DNA from: an uncultured Paraperlucidibaca sp.
GTDB taxonomy: Bacteria > Pseudomonadota > Gammaproteobacteria > Pseudomonadales > Moraxellaceae
NCBI GenBank assembly: GCA_964022225.1
Contig: CAXIBK010000001.1
Span: forward strand, 1 to 34,200
Direction: 5' to 3'
DNA: 34,200 nt
The notes beneath the pieces are model-generated. The model ran no database searches and was not told where the DNA came from. It worked only from the letters and a program-made list of their open reading frames with translations. The position numbers were made by a program, and so were the translations under genes. Shown here in pieces: positions 1 to 9,161 of the stretch (within the stretch, counting starts at the first letter, position 1; each line of letters opens with the position of its first letter).

Positions 1-74
1 AACAGGCGCAGATTGCACCATTAGTAGCCAAATTACAGGCCGCAGTGGATGCGCGCGAGTGCGTGCCTGCCTAA
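1..74 (+). CDS. hisG: ATP phosphoribosyltransferase, 3' end only (probably short-form HisG)
   Basis: Frame 3 reads QAQIAPLVAKLQAAVDARECVPA* (TAA 72-74), resembling the C-terminal helix of short HisG. It lies directly upstream of hisD-hisC, the usual order. Confidence 0.7.
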   Translation, partial: QAQIAPLVAKLQAAVDARECVPA

Positions 75-108
75 GATTGGTAGGTGACATATTTTGGATA
101 GGTAGGGC

Positions 109-1410
109 ATGAAAAGACTCGATAGCCGCGACGCGAATTTTAATCAGCAGCTCGATGCCTTGTTGGCATGGGAAGGCGTGTCTGATGCTGCTGTGCAAGC
201 GCGTGTTATCGACATCATTGCGCGTGTGCGTGCTGAGGGTGATGCGGCCTTAGTCGAATTCAGTAATCAGTTTGATCAAGTTAACGCCGCGACTATGGCG
301 GATTTATTTGTCAGTCCTGAGCGCTTAAAGCAAGCTTATGATGGCCTACCATCTGCCGAGCGCGATGCGCTAACACAAGCGGCTGAGCGCATCAGACGCT
401 ATCACGCGCATCAGGTGCAAGAATCTTGGCAGTACACTGAGGCTGATGGCACGGTGCTAGGCCAGCAAGTCACGCCGCTTGATCGTGTCGGCATTTATGT
501 GCCTGGCGGTAAAGCCTCTTATCCTTCATCAGTATTGATGAACGCGCTACCGGCGAAGGTCGCAGGTGTGGCGGAGGTCATCATGGTGGTGCCGACGCCG
601 CGCGGTGAAATTAATGAATTAGTCTTTGCTGCTGCGCATTTGGCCGAGGTCGATCGCGTGTTTATGCTAGGTGGCGCGCAAGCGGTGGCGGCGTTGGCTT
701 ATGGCACCGAGTCTGTGCCGCGCGTGGATAACATTGTGGGTCCAGGTAATATTTATGTTGCCACCGCCAAGCGTCATGTCTTTGGTCAAGTTGGCATTGA
801 TATGATTGCTGGACCATCAGAGATTTTGATTTATTGCGATGGCCAAACCGACCCAGATTGGATCGCCATGGACCTGTTTTCGCAGGCCGAACATGACGAG
901 CAAGCGCAGTCCTTATTGATTGCATGCGATGAATCGTATTTGGATGCCGTTGAGGCTTCAATCGAGCGCTTGTTGCCAACCTTGGATCGTGTAGACATAG
1001 CCACCACGTCACTGCGTGATCGGGGTGCTTTGATTTTAGTGGCCGATGAAACAGAGGCATTGGCGCTGATTAATCGCATTGCGCCCGAGCATTTAGAGCT
1101 GTCGGTGGCCGATCCTCAGGCTTTATTGCCATCGATTCGCCATGCCGGCGCTATCTTCTTGGGCCGCCACACGCCAGAGGCTCTGGGCGACTATTGCGCT
1201 GGACCCAACCACGTATTGCCAACCTCGGGCACTGCACGCTTCTCGTCGCCGTTAGGTGTTTACGATTTTCAAAAGCGCAGCAGCCTCATTGGTTGTTCGC
1301 CACAGGGTGCGTCAACACTGGCCGCGGTGGCGTCGGTATTGGCACGAGGTGAGGGCTTAACGGCGCATGCGCGTTCGGCCGAATATCGCTTATTGCCCAA
1401 GGCTGATTGA
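109..1410 (+). CDS. hisD: Histidinol dehydrogenase
   Basis: Motifs [65 protein letters not shown]. Confidence 0.98.
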   Translation: MKRLDSRDANFNQQLDALLAWEGVSDAAVQARVIDIIARVRAEGDAALVEFSNQFDQVNAATMADLFVSPERLKQAYDGLPSAERDALTQAAERIRRYHAHQVQESWQYTEADGTVLGQQVTPLDRVGIYVPGGKASYPSSVLMNALPAKVAGVAEVIMVVPTPRGEINELVFAAAHLAEVDRVFMLGGAQAVAALAYGTESVPRVDNIVGPGNIYVATAKRHVFGQVGIDMIAGPSEILIYCDGQTDPDWIAMDLFSQAEHDEQAQSLLIACDESYLDAVEASIERLLPTLDRVDIATTSLRDRGALILVADETEALALINRIAPEHLELSVADPQALLPSIRHAGAIFLGRHTPEALGDYCAGPNHVLPTSGTARFSSPLGVYDFQKRSSLIGCSPQGASTLAAVASVLARGEGLTAHARSAEYRLLPKAD

Positions 1411-1449
1411 AACGCTTCGGGCGAAGACTTTCTAGGAGTATCAAACGCG

Positions 1450-2523
1450 ATGAGCCGTTTTTGGAGTGCGCGTGTGCGCGAGTTGGTGCCCTATGTGCCG
1501 GGCGAACAGCCGAAGATCAGCAACCTAGTCAAGCTCAACACCAATGAGCATCCCTTCGGGCCATCGCCGAAAGCCATCGTTGCCATGCAAGCGGCTCTCA
1601 ATGATGACCTGCGTTTGTATCCTGACCCCAACGCCGATGCGCTGCGTCAAACCATCGCGGACTATTACGACCTAGCCGCTCAGGGTGGCGATAAGTCGTG
1701 GGTGTTTGTTGGTAACGGCTCCGATGAAGTGCTGGCACACGCGTTTCACGGCCTATTTCAGCACGACAAGCCGCTGCTGTTTCCCGACATATGCTACAGC
1801 TTTTATCCGGTCTATGCCCAGCTCTATGACATTGCCTACGAGACCGTGCCGCTGACCGATAGCTTCACCATTAACCCTGCCGATTATGCGCGCGCCAATG
1901 GCGGTGTGATTTTCCCAAACCCCAATGCGCCCACGGGCTGTGTATTGGCCTTGGATGCGATTGAGCACATCGTGCAAGCCAATCGCGATGTCGTGGTTTT
2001 AGTGGATGAGGCCTATATTGATTTTGGCGGCGAGTCTGCCGTGGCCTTAGTGGGTCGCTACGACAACTTATTGATCACGCAGACGCTATCGAAATCACGT
2101 GCGCTCGCCGGTTTACGTGTGGGCTTGGCGATTGGTCAGCCGCACTTAATTGAGGCTTTAGAGCGTATCAAAAATAGCTTCAACTCCTACCCGCTAGGCC
2201 GCGTTGCATTGGCCGGTGCGCAGGCCGCATTTGAAGATAAAGCCTATTTTGATTCGATGCAGCAGATGGTCATTATGCAGCGCGAGAGCTTAACGGCGAA
2301 GCTTGAGCGTTTGGGTTTTGACGTGCTGCCATCGGGCGCGAATTTTGTCTTTGCTCAACATTCCAAATATAGCGGTGCCGACTTAGCGCAGGCGCTGCGT
2401 GAGCGGGCAGTGGTGGTACGGCATTTCAATAAGCCACGCATCGATAACTTTTTGCGCATCACGGTGGGTACGCCAGACCAGCATACTGCGTTAATTGACG
2501 CGCTTAGCGAGATAATCACTTAA
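1450..2523 (+). CDS. hisC: Histidinol-phosphate aminotransferase
   Basis: KLNTNE, YPDP, GNGSDE, NPNAPTG, DEAY and the PLP-lysine motif [22 protein letters not shown] upstream; follows hisD. Confidence 0.97.
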   Translation: MSRFWSARVRELVPYVPGEQPKISNLVKLNTNEHPFGPSPKAIVAMQAALNDDLRLYPDPNADALRQTIADYYDLAAQGGDKSWVFVGNGSDEVLAHAFHGLFQHDKPLLFPDICYSFYPVYAQLYDIAYETVPLTDSFTINPADYARANGGVIFPNPNAPTGCVLALDAIEHIVQANRDVVVLVDEAYIDFGGESAVALVGRYDNLLITQTLSKSRALAGLRVGLAIGQPHLIEALERIKNSFNSYPLGRVALAGAQAAFEDKAYFDSMQQMVIMQRESLTAKLERLGFDVLPSGANFVFAQHSKYSGADLAQALRERAVVVRHFNKPRIDNFLRITVGTPDQHTALIDALSEIIT

Positions 2524-2538
2524 GCGTGTCAATTAACG
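2489..2538. terminator. Long hairpin at the convergent hisC/degS junction
   Basis: CGTTAATTGACGCGCTTA (2489-2506) pairs with TAAGCGTGTCAATTAACG (2521-2538): 18 bp including one G-U, 14-nt loop, spanning the hisC stop. Confidence 0.6.
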
Positions 2539-2546
2539 AATGCAGG

Positions 2547-3683
2547 CTACTTCGCCTTTGGTCGTTCGCCCATCGTTACCGTTAGTGTTTTTTCTGCGCT
2601 TCCTCGGCGCACCACAATAGCAACTTTGGTATCGGGCTTATAGCCGCCAATTTGTCGGATGACTTGGTCCGCGCTGACCACATCTTTGTCTTCGATATTG
2701 ATGATTTCATCGCCCGGCTTAAGGCCGGCGCGATCTGCAGGGCCACCTTTCATCACGGCGGCGACGGTGACTTGGCTATCTTTTTGTCGGCTAGGTGGGC
2801 CGTCGCGATGGCTTTGTCCTGCAATCTCAATGCCCAGCCAGCCGCGTACAACATGGCCATGAGCGATAATTTCTTGCAAAACTTGCTGAGCAATGGGTGC
2901 TGCAATAGCAAAGCCGATACCCATGCTGCCGCCAGAACGTGAGTAGATGGCGGTATTAATGCCCATTAAGTTACCTTGTACATCAATTAACGCGCCACCG
3001 GAGTTGCCCGGGTTAATTGCGGCGTCGGTTTGAATAAAGTCTTCATAGGTATTGATGCCTAAGCCACTGCGGCCAAGTGCCGAGATGATGCCCTGAGTCA
3101 CAGTTTGACCAACACCAAATGGGTTGCCGATAGCTAGCACGACATCACCAACCGCACTTGGGTTTTGGCGGAAAGGTAGGGCGGGTAGGTTGCTCAGCGA
3201 GATTTTAAGCACCGCGAGGTCGGTGTCTGGGTCTGTGCCAATGAGCTTGGCTTGGACTTCGCGGCCATCATGGGTGGAGACAAGGATTTCATCGGCACCG
3301 GCAACAACATGCGCATTGGTCAGCACATAGCCATCGTGTGAAACGATCACGCCGGAACCTAAGCTCGATGCCGAGCGCTCGCGTGGTGCCGCTTGACCAT
3401 GAAAGCGTAGCCATTGCTCCAAAAATGGATCGATGTTTTGTTTCACAGTTTGCGTGGTGTAAATGTTTACTACTGCGGGTGCAGCCCTAGCAACAGCCGG
3501 TGCGTAGGAAATTGGTCCGCTTAATTCTGACGGGGTTGCGCTTTCGGATGGTTGCGGCAAATTCAAGGTTATTGGAGCGGGAGTGGGCGAGCTTGAAAAC
3601 GCATCTGGCCATTGCTTCTCAACACCAACATAGCCGACAACGCCGGCCAATAAAATCCATGGAAGTGCAGTTGTAGCGCGCAT
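2547..3683 (-). CDS. degS: HtrA-family serine protease with one PDZ domain (DegS/AlgW-like)
   Basis: N-terminal membrane anchor; triad motifs TNAHVV, DTDLAVL, AINPGNSGG; C-terminal PDZ (GWLGI...GPADRAGLKPGD). The hisC-algW-nif3 order matches Pseudomonas. Confidence 0.88.
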   Translation of the reverse strand: MRATTALPWILLAGVVGYVGVEKQWPDAFSSSPTPAPITLNLPQPSESATPSELSGPISYAPAVARAAPAVVNIYTTQTVKQNIDPFLEQWLRFHGQAAPRERSASSLGSGVIVSHDGYVLTNAHVVAGADEILVSTHDGREVQAKLIGTDPDTDLAVLKISLSNLPALPFRQNPSAVGDVVLAIGNPFGVGQTVTQGIISALGRSGLGINTYEDFIQTDAAINPGNSGGALIDVQGNLMGINTAIYSRSGGSMGIGFAIAAPIAQQVLQEIIAHGHVVRGWLGIEIAGQSHRDGPPSRQKDSQVTVAAVMKGGPADRAGLKPGDEIINIEDKDVVSADQVIRQIGGYKPDTKVAIVVRRGSAEKTLTVTMGERPKAK

Positions 3684-3763
3684 AATTTATCCTTCTCGCT
3701 ATTCAAGCAGGGCATTACAGTACGGGCTCGATGTCATGGCATCAAGCACATCAAGGAGATTGC

Positions 3764-4516
3764 ATGCGATTAAACGCATTAGTGGCGCGGCTCGATGACG
3801 AATTAAGCGCAGAAAAATTTACGGATTATTGCCCCAACGGGCTTCAGGTTCAGGGCCGAGACGAGGTACGTAAAATTGTCAGTGGCGTGACAGCCAGTGA
3901 GGCATTAATTGATGCAGCCATTGCTACAAGTGCCGATGCAATCTTGGTGCATCACGGCTATTTCTGGAAAGGCTAAGCAGCACCTGTGGTGGGCATGAAG
4001 CGTCGACGCTTGGCCAAATTGTTAGCGCATGACATTTCTTTAGTCGCCTATCACTTGCCACTTGATGCTCACCCTACACTTGGTAATAACGCGCAGCTGG
4101 CGCGGCGTTTAGGTTTGCTGCGTGAATGTGCTTTATATGATGATCCGCGCCAAGTTGGTGATGTCGGGCGCCTAGAAAAACCCATGACTGCCGAGGTTTT
4201 TGCGGAGCATATTGCGCATGTCTTACAACGTAAGCCGCTGCATGTCGCTGGCGGGCCGGCGCTAATTCAGCGCGTGGCATGGTGCACTGGCGGTGCTCAA
4301 GGGTTTATTGAGCGGGCCGCAAGCCATGGTGTGGATGCCTATATTAGTGGCGAAATTTCTGAGCCCACGGTACATGTCGCGCGCGAATGCGGCCTGCATT
4401 ATTTTGCCGCTGGCCATCACGCCACCGAGCGCTATGGCGTGCGGGCGCTGGGTGAATGGTGCGCGGAAAACTTAGGCTTAAGCCACGAATTTATCGATTG
4501 CGATAGCCCAGCCTAA
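3764..4516 (+). pseudogene. ybgI: Nif3-like dinuclear metal protein (YbgI/DUF34) interrupted by an in-frame TAA at 3974-3976
   Basis: ATG 3764 after [16 protein letters not shown] and VHHGYFWKG precede TAA; the same frame continues with YHLPLDAHP, GNN, WCTGG, SGE and GHHATERYG. ORFs 3731..3976 and 3986..4516 share one frame. Nonsense allele or base-call error. Confidence 0.85.
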
Positions 4517-4523
4517 AACAAGT

Positions 4524-5159
4524 TTAAGGCTGAAGTCGGCTACGGTGCCAAGCATCATCACCCGTCGGTAAATACAGCACGCGATCATGCAGGCGACTTG
4601 GACGACCTTGCCAAAACTCCATGCGATCGGCCACCAGTCTATAGCCGCCCCAATGCGGAGGCCTAGGTACTTCAACGGGATACTTTGCCTTTAGCTCACG
4701 CTCTCGTTCTAATAGCAGTTCGGGAGCCTCCAGCGCTTGGCTTTGTGCAGAAACCCATGCGCCGATTTGGCTGCCATACGGCCGCGAGGCGAAGTAGGTA
4801 TCAGAGTCACTAGCGCGAAGCTTTTCTACACGGCCTTCAATGCGCACTTGGCGCTCAAGCTCGGGCCAGAAGAAGGTGCTAGCGGCATAAGGATTTGTTG
4901 CCAATTGATGGCCTTTGCGGCTGTCATAATTGGTGTAGAAATGCACGGCACCATCAGCAATGCCTTTCAATAAAACGATTCGTCCTGAAGGCCGAGCATT
5001 TGAGTCTACCGTGGCCAAATGCATGGCTGTCGCATCTGGCAGGCCAGCATCTACTGCTTCATTAAGCCAATGCTGAAGCTGCCTGTACGGATCGACATGG
5101 CATTGTTCTGGGCTTAGGCCTTTGAGGCCATACTCAAGCCGAATATCCGCTAAGTTCAT
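4524..5159 (-). CDS. pdxH: Pyridoxamine 5'-phosphate oxidase
   Basis: RIVLLKG, FYTNYDSRKG, RQVRIEG, SRPYGSQIGAW, PPHWGGY, EFWQGRPSRLHDR. Confidence 0.97.
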   Translation of the reverse strand: MNLADIRLEYGLKGLSPEQCHVDPYRQLQHWLNEAVDAGLPDATAMHLATVDSNARPSGRIVLLKGIADGAVHFYTNYDSRKGHQLATNPYAASTFFWPELERQVRIEGRVEKLRASDSDTYFASRPYGSQIGAWVSAQSQALEAPELLLERERELKAKYPVEVPRPPHWGGYRLVADRMEFWQGRPSRLHDRVLYLPTGDDAWHRSRLQP

Positions 5160-6178
5160 GCCTGTTTTCCAATGAGGTCTTGTATCAAGGCTCGTGTTTC
5201 GGCTGCATCGAAGAAGCGCGTGAAGTGCTCTTTTAAGCGCCGCTCAATATAGCCGGAGTCATTCAGCGCCTTGACCATAGGCTCGCCAATTGCAACAACT
5301 TCACGTGCAATATGGTCGCGTTCAATGCCCATTAGGCGCAGAAAGTGCATGGCCGGCATATCACCAGCGTGATCGAACCAAGCCTGCACCAATAAGCTGA
5401 CTTGCTGCTTCATATAGTCTGTTTGGCGAATTTGATTCCAGTACAGCACGGCCAAATAGCTTAAGCCTTGAATCTCTAAATGCCGCGTCGCTTGGCCCAG
5501 CTGATAAGCCTCTAAGCGTGGCCAAACTAGCTCGGCATACTGGGCGATAGCATCATTGTTTAAGGCTTTATCAAGCAGCTGCTCACTAAATTTGGCAGTG
5601 GCTGAAATATTGCGCGATAAATACGCCTTGATGGCTTGTTCGATAGTTTCATCTAAACGGCCCATTCGGCCTAACATGTCGCGACCAGCCTTGACTAAAG
5701 AACTAAAGCCGGGGACGCGACGCGCGATAGCATTATCTGTTGTTAAATAATCGACGATGCTGTGGTAAACCACATCGGAAAGTACGCGTGTATAGACCGG
5801 GCTGCTAAGCGCGCTGTGAATGAGCTCTTGGCGTAATGCTGGTCTTTCGACTAAGCGCTGTACCATTAAGTCGTAAATTTGTTTATTAATGAGCTGCCGC
5901 ATGGGTTGTTGCTGGTGAGTGGGGTTATTTAACCCAAGTTCCACCAACATTACGGCTTGTTCGCGCATTGTGTCGGTTGGCGAATAGCTTAAGATATTGC
6001 GTTCTATCCATGCGATGACTTGGTTTTCACTAAGTAAGTCTCGAGCGCTGATAGTTTCTAGTAAGTCGCAGTAAGCGTTGGCTTCGATGTCTAGGTGTGT
6101 GCGAAGTGCATCACCGCTGAAGTCTTGTAGAAAAAATTGCAGCTGAGCGTTTAAAAGCGCCTCGGCAGGGTGGCTCAT
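5156..6178 (-). CDS. Uncharacterised alpha-helical protein, paralog A (340 aa)
   Basis: RBS GGAG upstream; 4-nt ATGA overlap with pdxH. Aligns by eye end to end with 9944..10993. No catalytic motif, signal peptide or clear TM segment. Confidence 0.85.
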   Translation of the reverse strand: MSHPAEALLNAQLQFFLQDFSGDALRTHLDIEANAYCDLLETISARDLLSENQVIAWIERNILSYSPTDTMREQAVMLVELGLNNPTHQQQPMRQLINKQIYDLMVQRLVERPALRQELIHSALSSPVYTRVLSDVVYHSIVDYLTTDNAIARRVPGFSSLVKAGRDMLGRMGRLDETIEQAIKAYLSRNISATAKFSEQLLDKALNNDAIAQYAELVWPRLEAYQLGQATRHLEIQGLSYLAVLYWNQIRQTDYMKQQVSLLVQAWFDHAGDMPAMHFLRLMGIERDHIAREVVAIGEPMVKALNDSGYIERRLKEHFTRFFDAAETRALIQDLIGKQA

Positions 6179-6297
6179 TTAGGACTCCCGCTCGCAAGCA
6201 GTTGCTTGCGAAATGATAATAACTAATAGCCTGCAACATAGCGGGTTGAGGGCGCAAAATCCATGCGCACCTCGCAAAATAAAAGAGGATTTACACC

Positions 6298-6840
6298 ATG
6301 AAAAACGGCCTTCATCGAAGCGTTTTAGGCATGGTTGGACTGATGTTAATGAGTTCGACATCGTGGGCCGATGGTCCGCGCACACTAAGTAATGCAGCAC
6401 CTAAGTTTGCTGACAGCCGCCTTGTATCACCAGCCGCCGCCGACGACATGGTCATGACGGCATTAACGTTGATGGGTACGCCCTATAAGTGGGGTGGTAC
6501 TTCGCCTGAGGAGGGTTTCGATTGCTCGGGCTTGGTGCAGTATATTTATCGTGGTGTTAGCAATGTCGTGCTGCCACGAACAGCGGCGCAAATGGCAAAC
6601 CTAGCCGGCCGCGATGTCACAGAGAAAGAGCTGGTCGTTGGCGACTTACTGTTTTTTCGCTTAGGCAATAGCCGCGCGATCAATCATGTCGGTGTTTATA
6701 TTGGCGACAATCGCTTCGTGCATGCACCGCGTACAGGCGCCGTGATTCGCATTGATCCGCTGACTAATCGTTATTGGATGCGCTATTTCGATCGTGCCCG
6801 CCGCCTGTTTACAGACGACGGGCATTTTGTTTCTCGCTAA
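6298..6840 (+). CDS. Secreted NlpC/P60 (C40) peptidoglycan endopeptidase
   Basis: Signal peptide ending SWA-D; GTPYKWGG, GFDCSGLVQY (catalytic Cys), GDLLFF, HVGVYIG, FVHAP; RBS AGAGG. Confidence 0.93.
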   Translation: MKNGLHRSVLGMVGLMLMSSTSWADGPRTLSNAAPKFADSRLVSPAAADDMVMTALTLMGTPYKWGGTSPEEGFDCSGLVQYIYRGVSNVVLPRTAAQMANLAGRDVTEKELVVGDLLFFRLGNSRAINHVGVYIGDNRFVHAPRTGAVIRIDPLTNRYWMRYFDRARRLFTDDGHFVSR

Positions 6841-6866
6841 GCTCGGGGATTACTTAAACGCTGAGC

Positions 6867-7640
6867 TTATTTCTCAACAAATGCGCGCTCAATAACGTAG
6901 TGCGCTTGTTGACCATGGCGCGATTCGGTGAAGCCGCGTTCTTCAAGCATGGCCACCAGGTCTTTCAGCATGCTCGGGCTACCGCACATCATCACGCGAT
7001 CAGTTTCAGGGTTTAAGGGTGGTAGACCAATATCACTGAAAAGTTTGCCTGACTCGATAAGATTGGTTAGGCGGCCTTGGTTGCGAAACTCTTCGCGCGT
7101 CACCGTGGGGTAGTAAATTAACTTTTTACGTGACTCCGCGCCAAAGAACTCGTTGTCGTGTAGTTGCTCGGAGATGAAGTCAGCATAGGCCAGCTCGCTG
7201 ACTTCGCGCACGCCGTGGCAAAGCACAACATGGTCATAGCGCTCATAGACTTCAGGGTCTTTGATGATACTCATGAATGGCGCTAAGCCCGTGCCAGTCG
7301 ACAACATATACAGCGTTTTGCCGGGCAGCAGGTTGTCCATGATTAGCGTGCCAGTGGGCTTACGGCTGACCATCAGGGTGTCGCCGGGCTGCAAGTGTTG
7401 TAGGCGTGAAGTCAGTGGGCCATCGGGCACTTTAATACTGAAAAACTCGAGATGTTCTTCGTAGTTGGCACTAACGATGGAGTAAGCGCGCATCAGCGGT
7501 TTGCCTTCAGTCTCTAAGCCGATCATGACGAAGTGGCCATTGTGAAAGCGTAGGCCGGGATCACGTGTGGTGGTGAAACTGAACAAAGTATCATTCCAGT
7601 GATGAACGCTTAGGACGGTTTCTTGGGCTACGTTAGACAT
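6867..7640 (-). CDS. fpr: Ferredoxin-NADP+ reductase, bacterial subclass I
   Basis: HHWNDTLFSF, RAYSIVS, GPLTSRL, TGTGLAPF, MMCGSPSM and C-terminal ERAFVEK. Start taken at MSNV (7640). Confidence 0.96.
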   Translation of the reverse strand: MSNVAQETVLSVHHWNDTLFSFTTTRDPGLRFHNGHFVMIGLETEGKPLMRAYSIVSANYEEHLEFFSIKVPDGPLTSRLQHLQPGDTLMVSRKPTGTLIMDNLLPGKTLYMLSTGTGLAPFMSIIKDPEVYERYDHVVLCHGVREVSELAYADFISEQLHDNEFFGAESRKKLIYYPTVTREEFRNQGRLTNLIESGKLFSDIGLPPLNPETDRVMMCGSPSMLKDLVAMLEERGFTESRHGQQAHYVIERAFVEK

Positions 7641-7721
7641 GATCAATTCTCTTATCGGGGTTGAGGCGACGAGCGCGAAGATTAAATTATCGCCGATTTA
7701 GTGTGCATTTTAGGTGAAAAG

Positions 7722-7780
7722 TTAATCAGAACCATCGGGTAATTCTGATTAAATCTATCAGATAATCGAATGCTTCTGAT
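7722..7780. promoter_or_regulatory. Inverted-repeat operator candidate upstream of fpr
   Basis: TTAATCAGAA (7722-7731) N11 TTCTGATTAA (7743-7752) is a perfect IR. A second ATCAGA (7757-7762) / TCTGAT (7775-7780) pair follows. Confidence 0.5.
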
Positions 7781-8970
7781 TATTGAGAGCGGGGCGCAAG
7801 CCATTCAGCGAGTTGTGGCCACGCTTCAGTTGGCGTATTGCTGCCGGCTAGTATGCCCATATGGCCGCCGGAAATTAGCGCTAATGTGGCGTCATCACTG
7901 CTGATTAAGTCGGGTAGTGGGCGCATGGCATCGGCAGTGACCATGGTGTCTTGCTTGCCAGCAAAGGCCAGTAAGGATGCCTTGATGTCGGCAAAGTCTA
8001 TCTGCTGCTTACCAAGGCGAATACGGCCGTCAGCAAGGTCATTATCAAGCCAAATACGAATTATCATGTCTTGGATAACTCCACCGGGATAAGCCACCAT
8101 ATCATCAAGAAATGCGCCGTTGGTGGCGTGATTGATAACGAATTCGCGGTCATCCAAACGTGTGATTAGCTCCCAGTAGCCCAGCAGACTATTGGCCGGG
8201 CTGAGCATTTTGAATGATAGCGAGTTGATCCAGCCCGGCGTATGAAGCAGGCGAGGGCTAAGTTTGTGTACCCGAAAGCCAGTGTGTTTGCGCACCCAAG
8301 CCGCTTGTTTTGCAAGGCGCTGATACATTTTGCCGAGTGCGCCAGAGGCGTGACCGTTGATTGGCGTGCCAACAATAACCAAGTTGCGAATGTTTGTGTC
8401 CTTGCTGAGTGCGGCATAGCCCAATGACAACACACCGCCAATGCTCCATCCGTGCAAGCTGAGCTCTTCGACTCCAGCATGGCGGCGGATATGGCTTAAA
8501 TAATCCGGCATAAAGTCGGCAATATAAGTCTCTAGGTTGTAGTGCGTATGGCGCAATGTGGGTCGGCCCCAGTCAATCAAATACACTGAGAAGCCATGGG
8601 CTAACAGAAACCTGACCAAGCTGCGTTCGGGGAAGAAGTCATAGATGTTCATGTTCACCGCGAGTGGCGGCACTAACACTACTGGCACGCGATGGCGCTT
8701 AGGGTTTACCGCCAAGGTGCCATTGCCGAGTGGGATCTCGGTGTCGGTGAGGGGTAAATAATGGCGCAGTTTCACCAAGCCATTGTCGTGCAATACCTCA
8801 TAAGGCGTTTGATCTGATAACGTGAGTTCGCGCGTGCGAAGAAAGCGATCATTAGCATTGGTCAATACGCGACTGCCTTCGCGGCGTAGCACAGCAGTTC
8901 GTTCTGCTAACTTGTGCCGCTGCTGCTGTAGCGACTGGCTAAGGCGTTCGGGCAATGTTGGGCGTGGCAT
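7780..8970 (-). CDS. PhaC-like (class III PHA-synthase-related) alpha/beta hydrolase with Ser nucleophile
   Basis: PhaC-type segments VKLRHY, PVVLVPPLAVN..IYD, SLVRFLLAHGFSVYLIDWG. Lipase box is GWSIGG; Asp in AGKQD; His in GGHMG. Confidence 0.85.
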   Translation of the reverse strand: MPRPTLPERLSQSLQQQRHKLAERTAVLRREGSRVLTNANDRFLRTRELTLSDQTPYEVLHDNGLVKLRHYLPLTDTEIPLGNGTLAVNPKRHRVPVVLVPPLAVNMNIYDFFPERSLVRFLLAHGFSVYLIDWGRPTLRHTHYNLETYIADFMPDYLSHIRRHAGVEELSLHGWSIGGVLSLGYAALSKDTNIRNLVIVGTPINGHASGALGKMYQRLAKQAAWVRKHTGFRVHKLSPRLLHTPGWINSLSFKMLSPANSLLGYWELITRLDDREFVINHATNGAFLDDMVAYPGGVIQDMIIRIWLDNDLADGRIRLGKQQIDFADIKASLLAFAGKQDTMVTADAMRPLPDLISSDDATLALISGGHMGILAGSNTPTEAWPQLAEWLAPRSQ

Positions 8971-9161
8971 AAATGGCTCCTGAGCAGCGGGAAGTATTCA
9001 AGCAAACGGCCTGAGTGCTTACAGCGCGTACAAACAATGTGCGAACTATAACGACTATTCAGTCATTGGCAGTGGCCTAAATGCCGTGAGCGAATGCGTT
9101 TGGCGTCAACGCAGCGTTGTGGCAAAGTCATCGCCTTCATTTTGTTCGCGGGATGTATCTC

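Noticed and set aside
724-750. His[10 protein letters not shown] instead of the usual VDKIVGPGN
   Set aside because: One substitution at a residue I do not know to be catalytic; could be natural variation or base-call noise; metal and catalytic motifs are intact.
3974-3976. Selenocysteine/pyrrolysine insertion or alternative genetic code at the Nif3 internal stop
   Set aside because: The codon is TAA, not TGA or TAG; the position is normally Glu; TAA ends many genes in this window.
6179-6400. 73-aa minus-strand ORF abutting paralog A as a possible N-terminal readthrough extension
   Set aside because: It overlaps nlpC antisense; paralog A has its own RBS and its N-terminus aligns with that of paralog B.
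7780-8970. Calling the gene phaC (true PHA synthase)
   Set aside because: It has Ser instead of the essential Cys, and no phaA/B/E/R genes are nearby.
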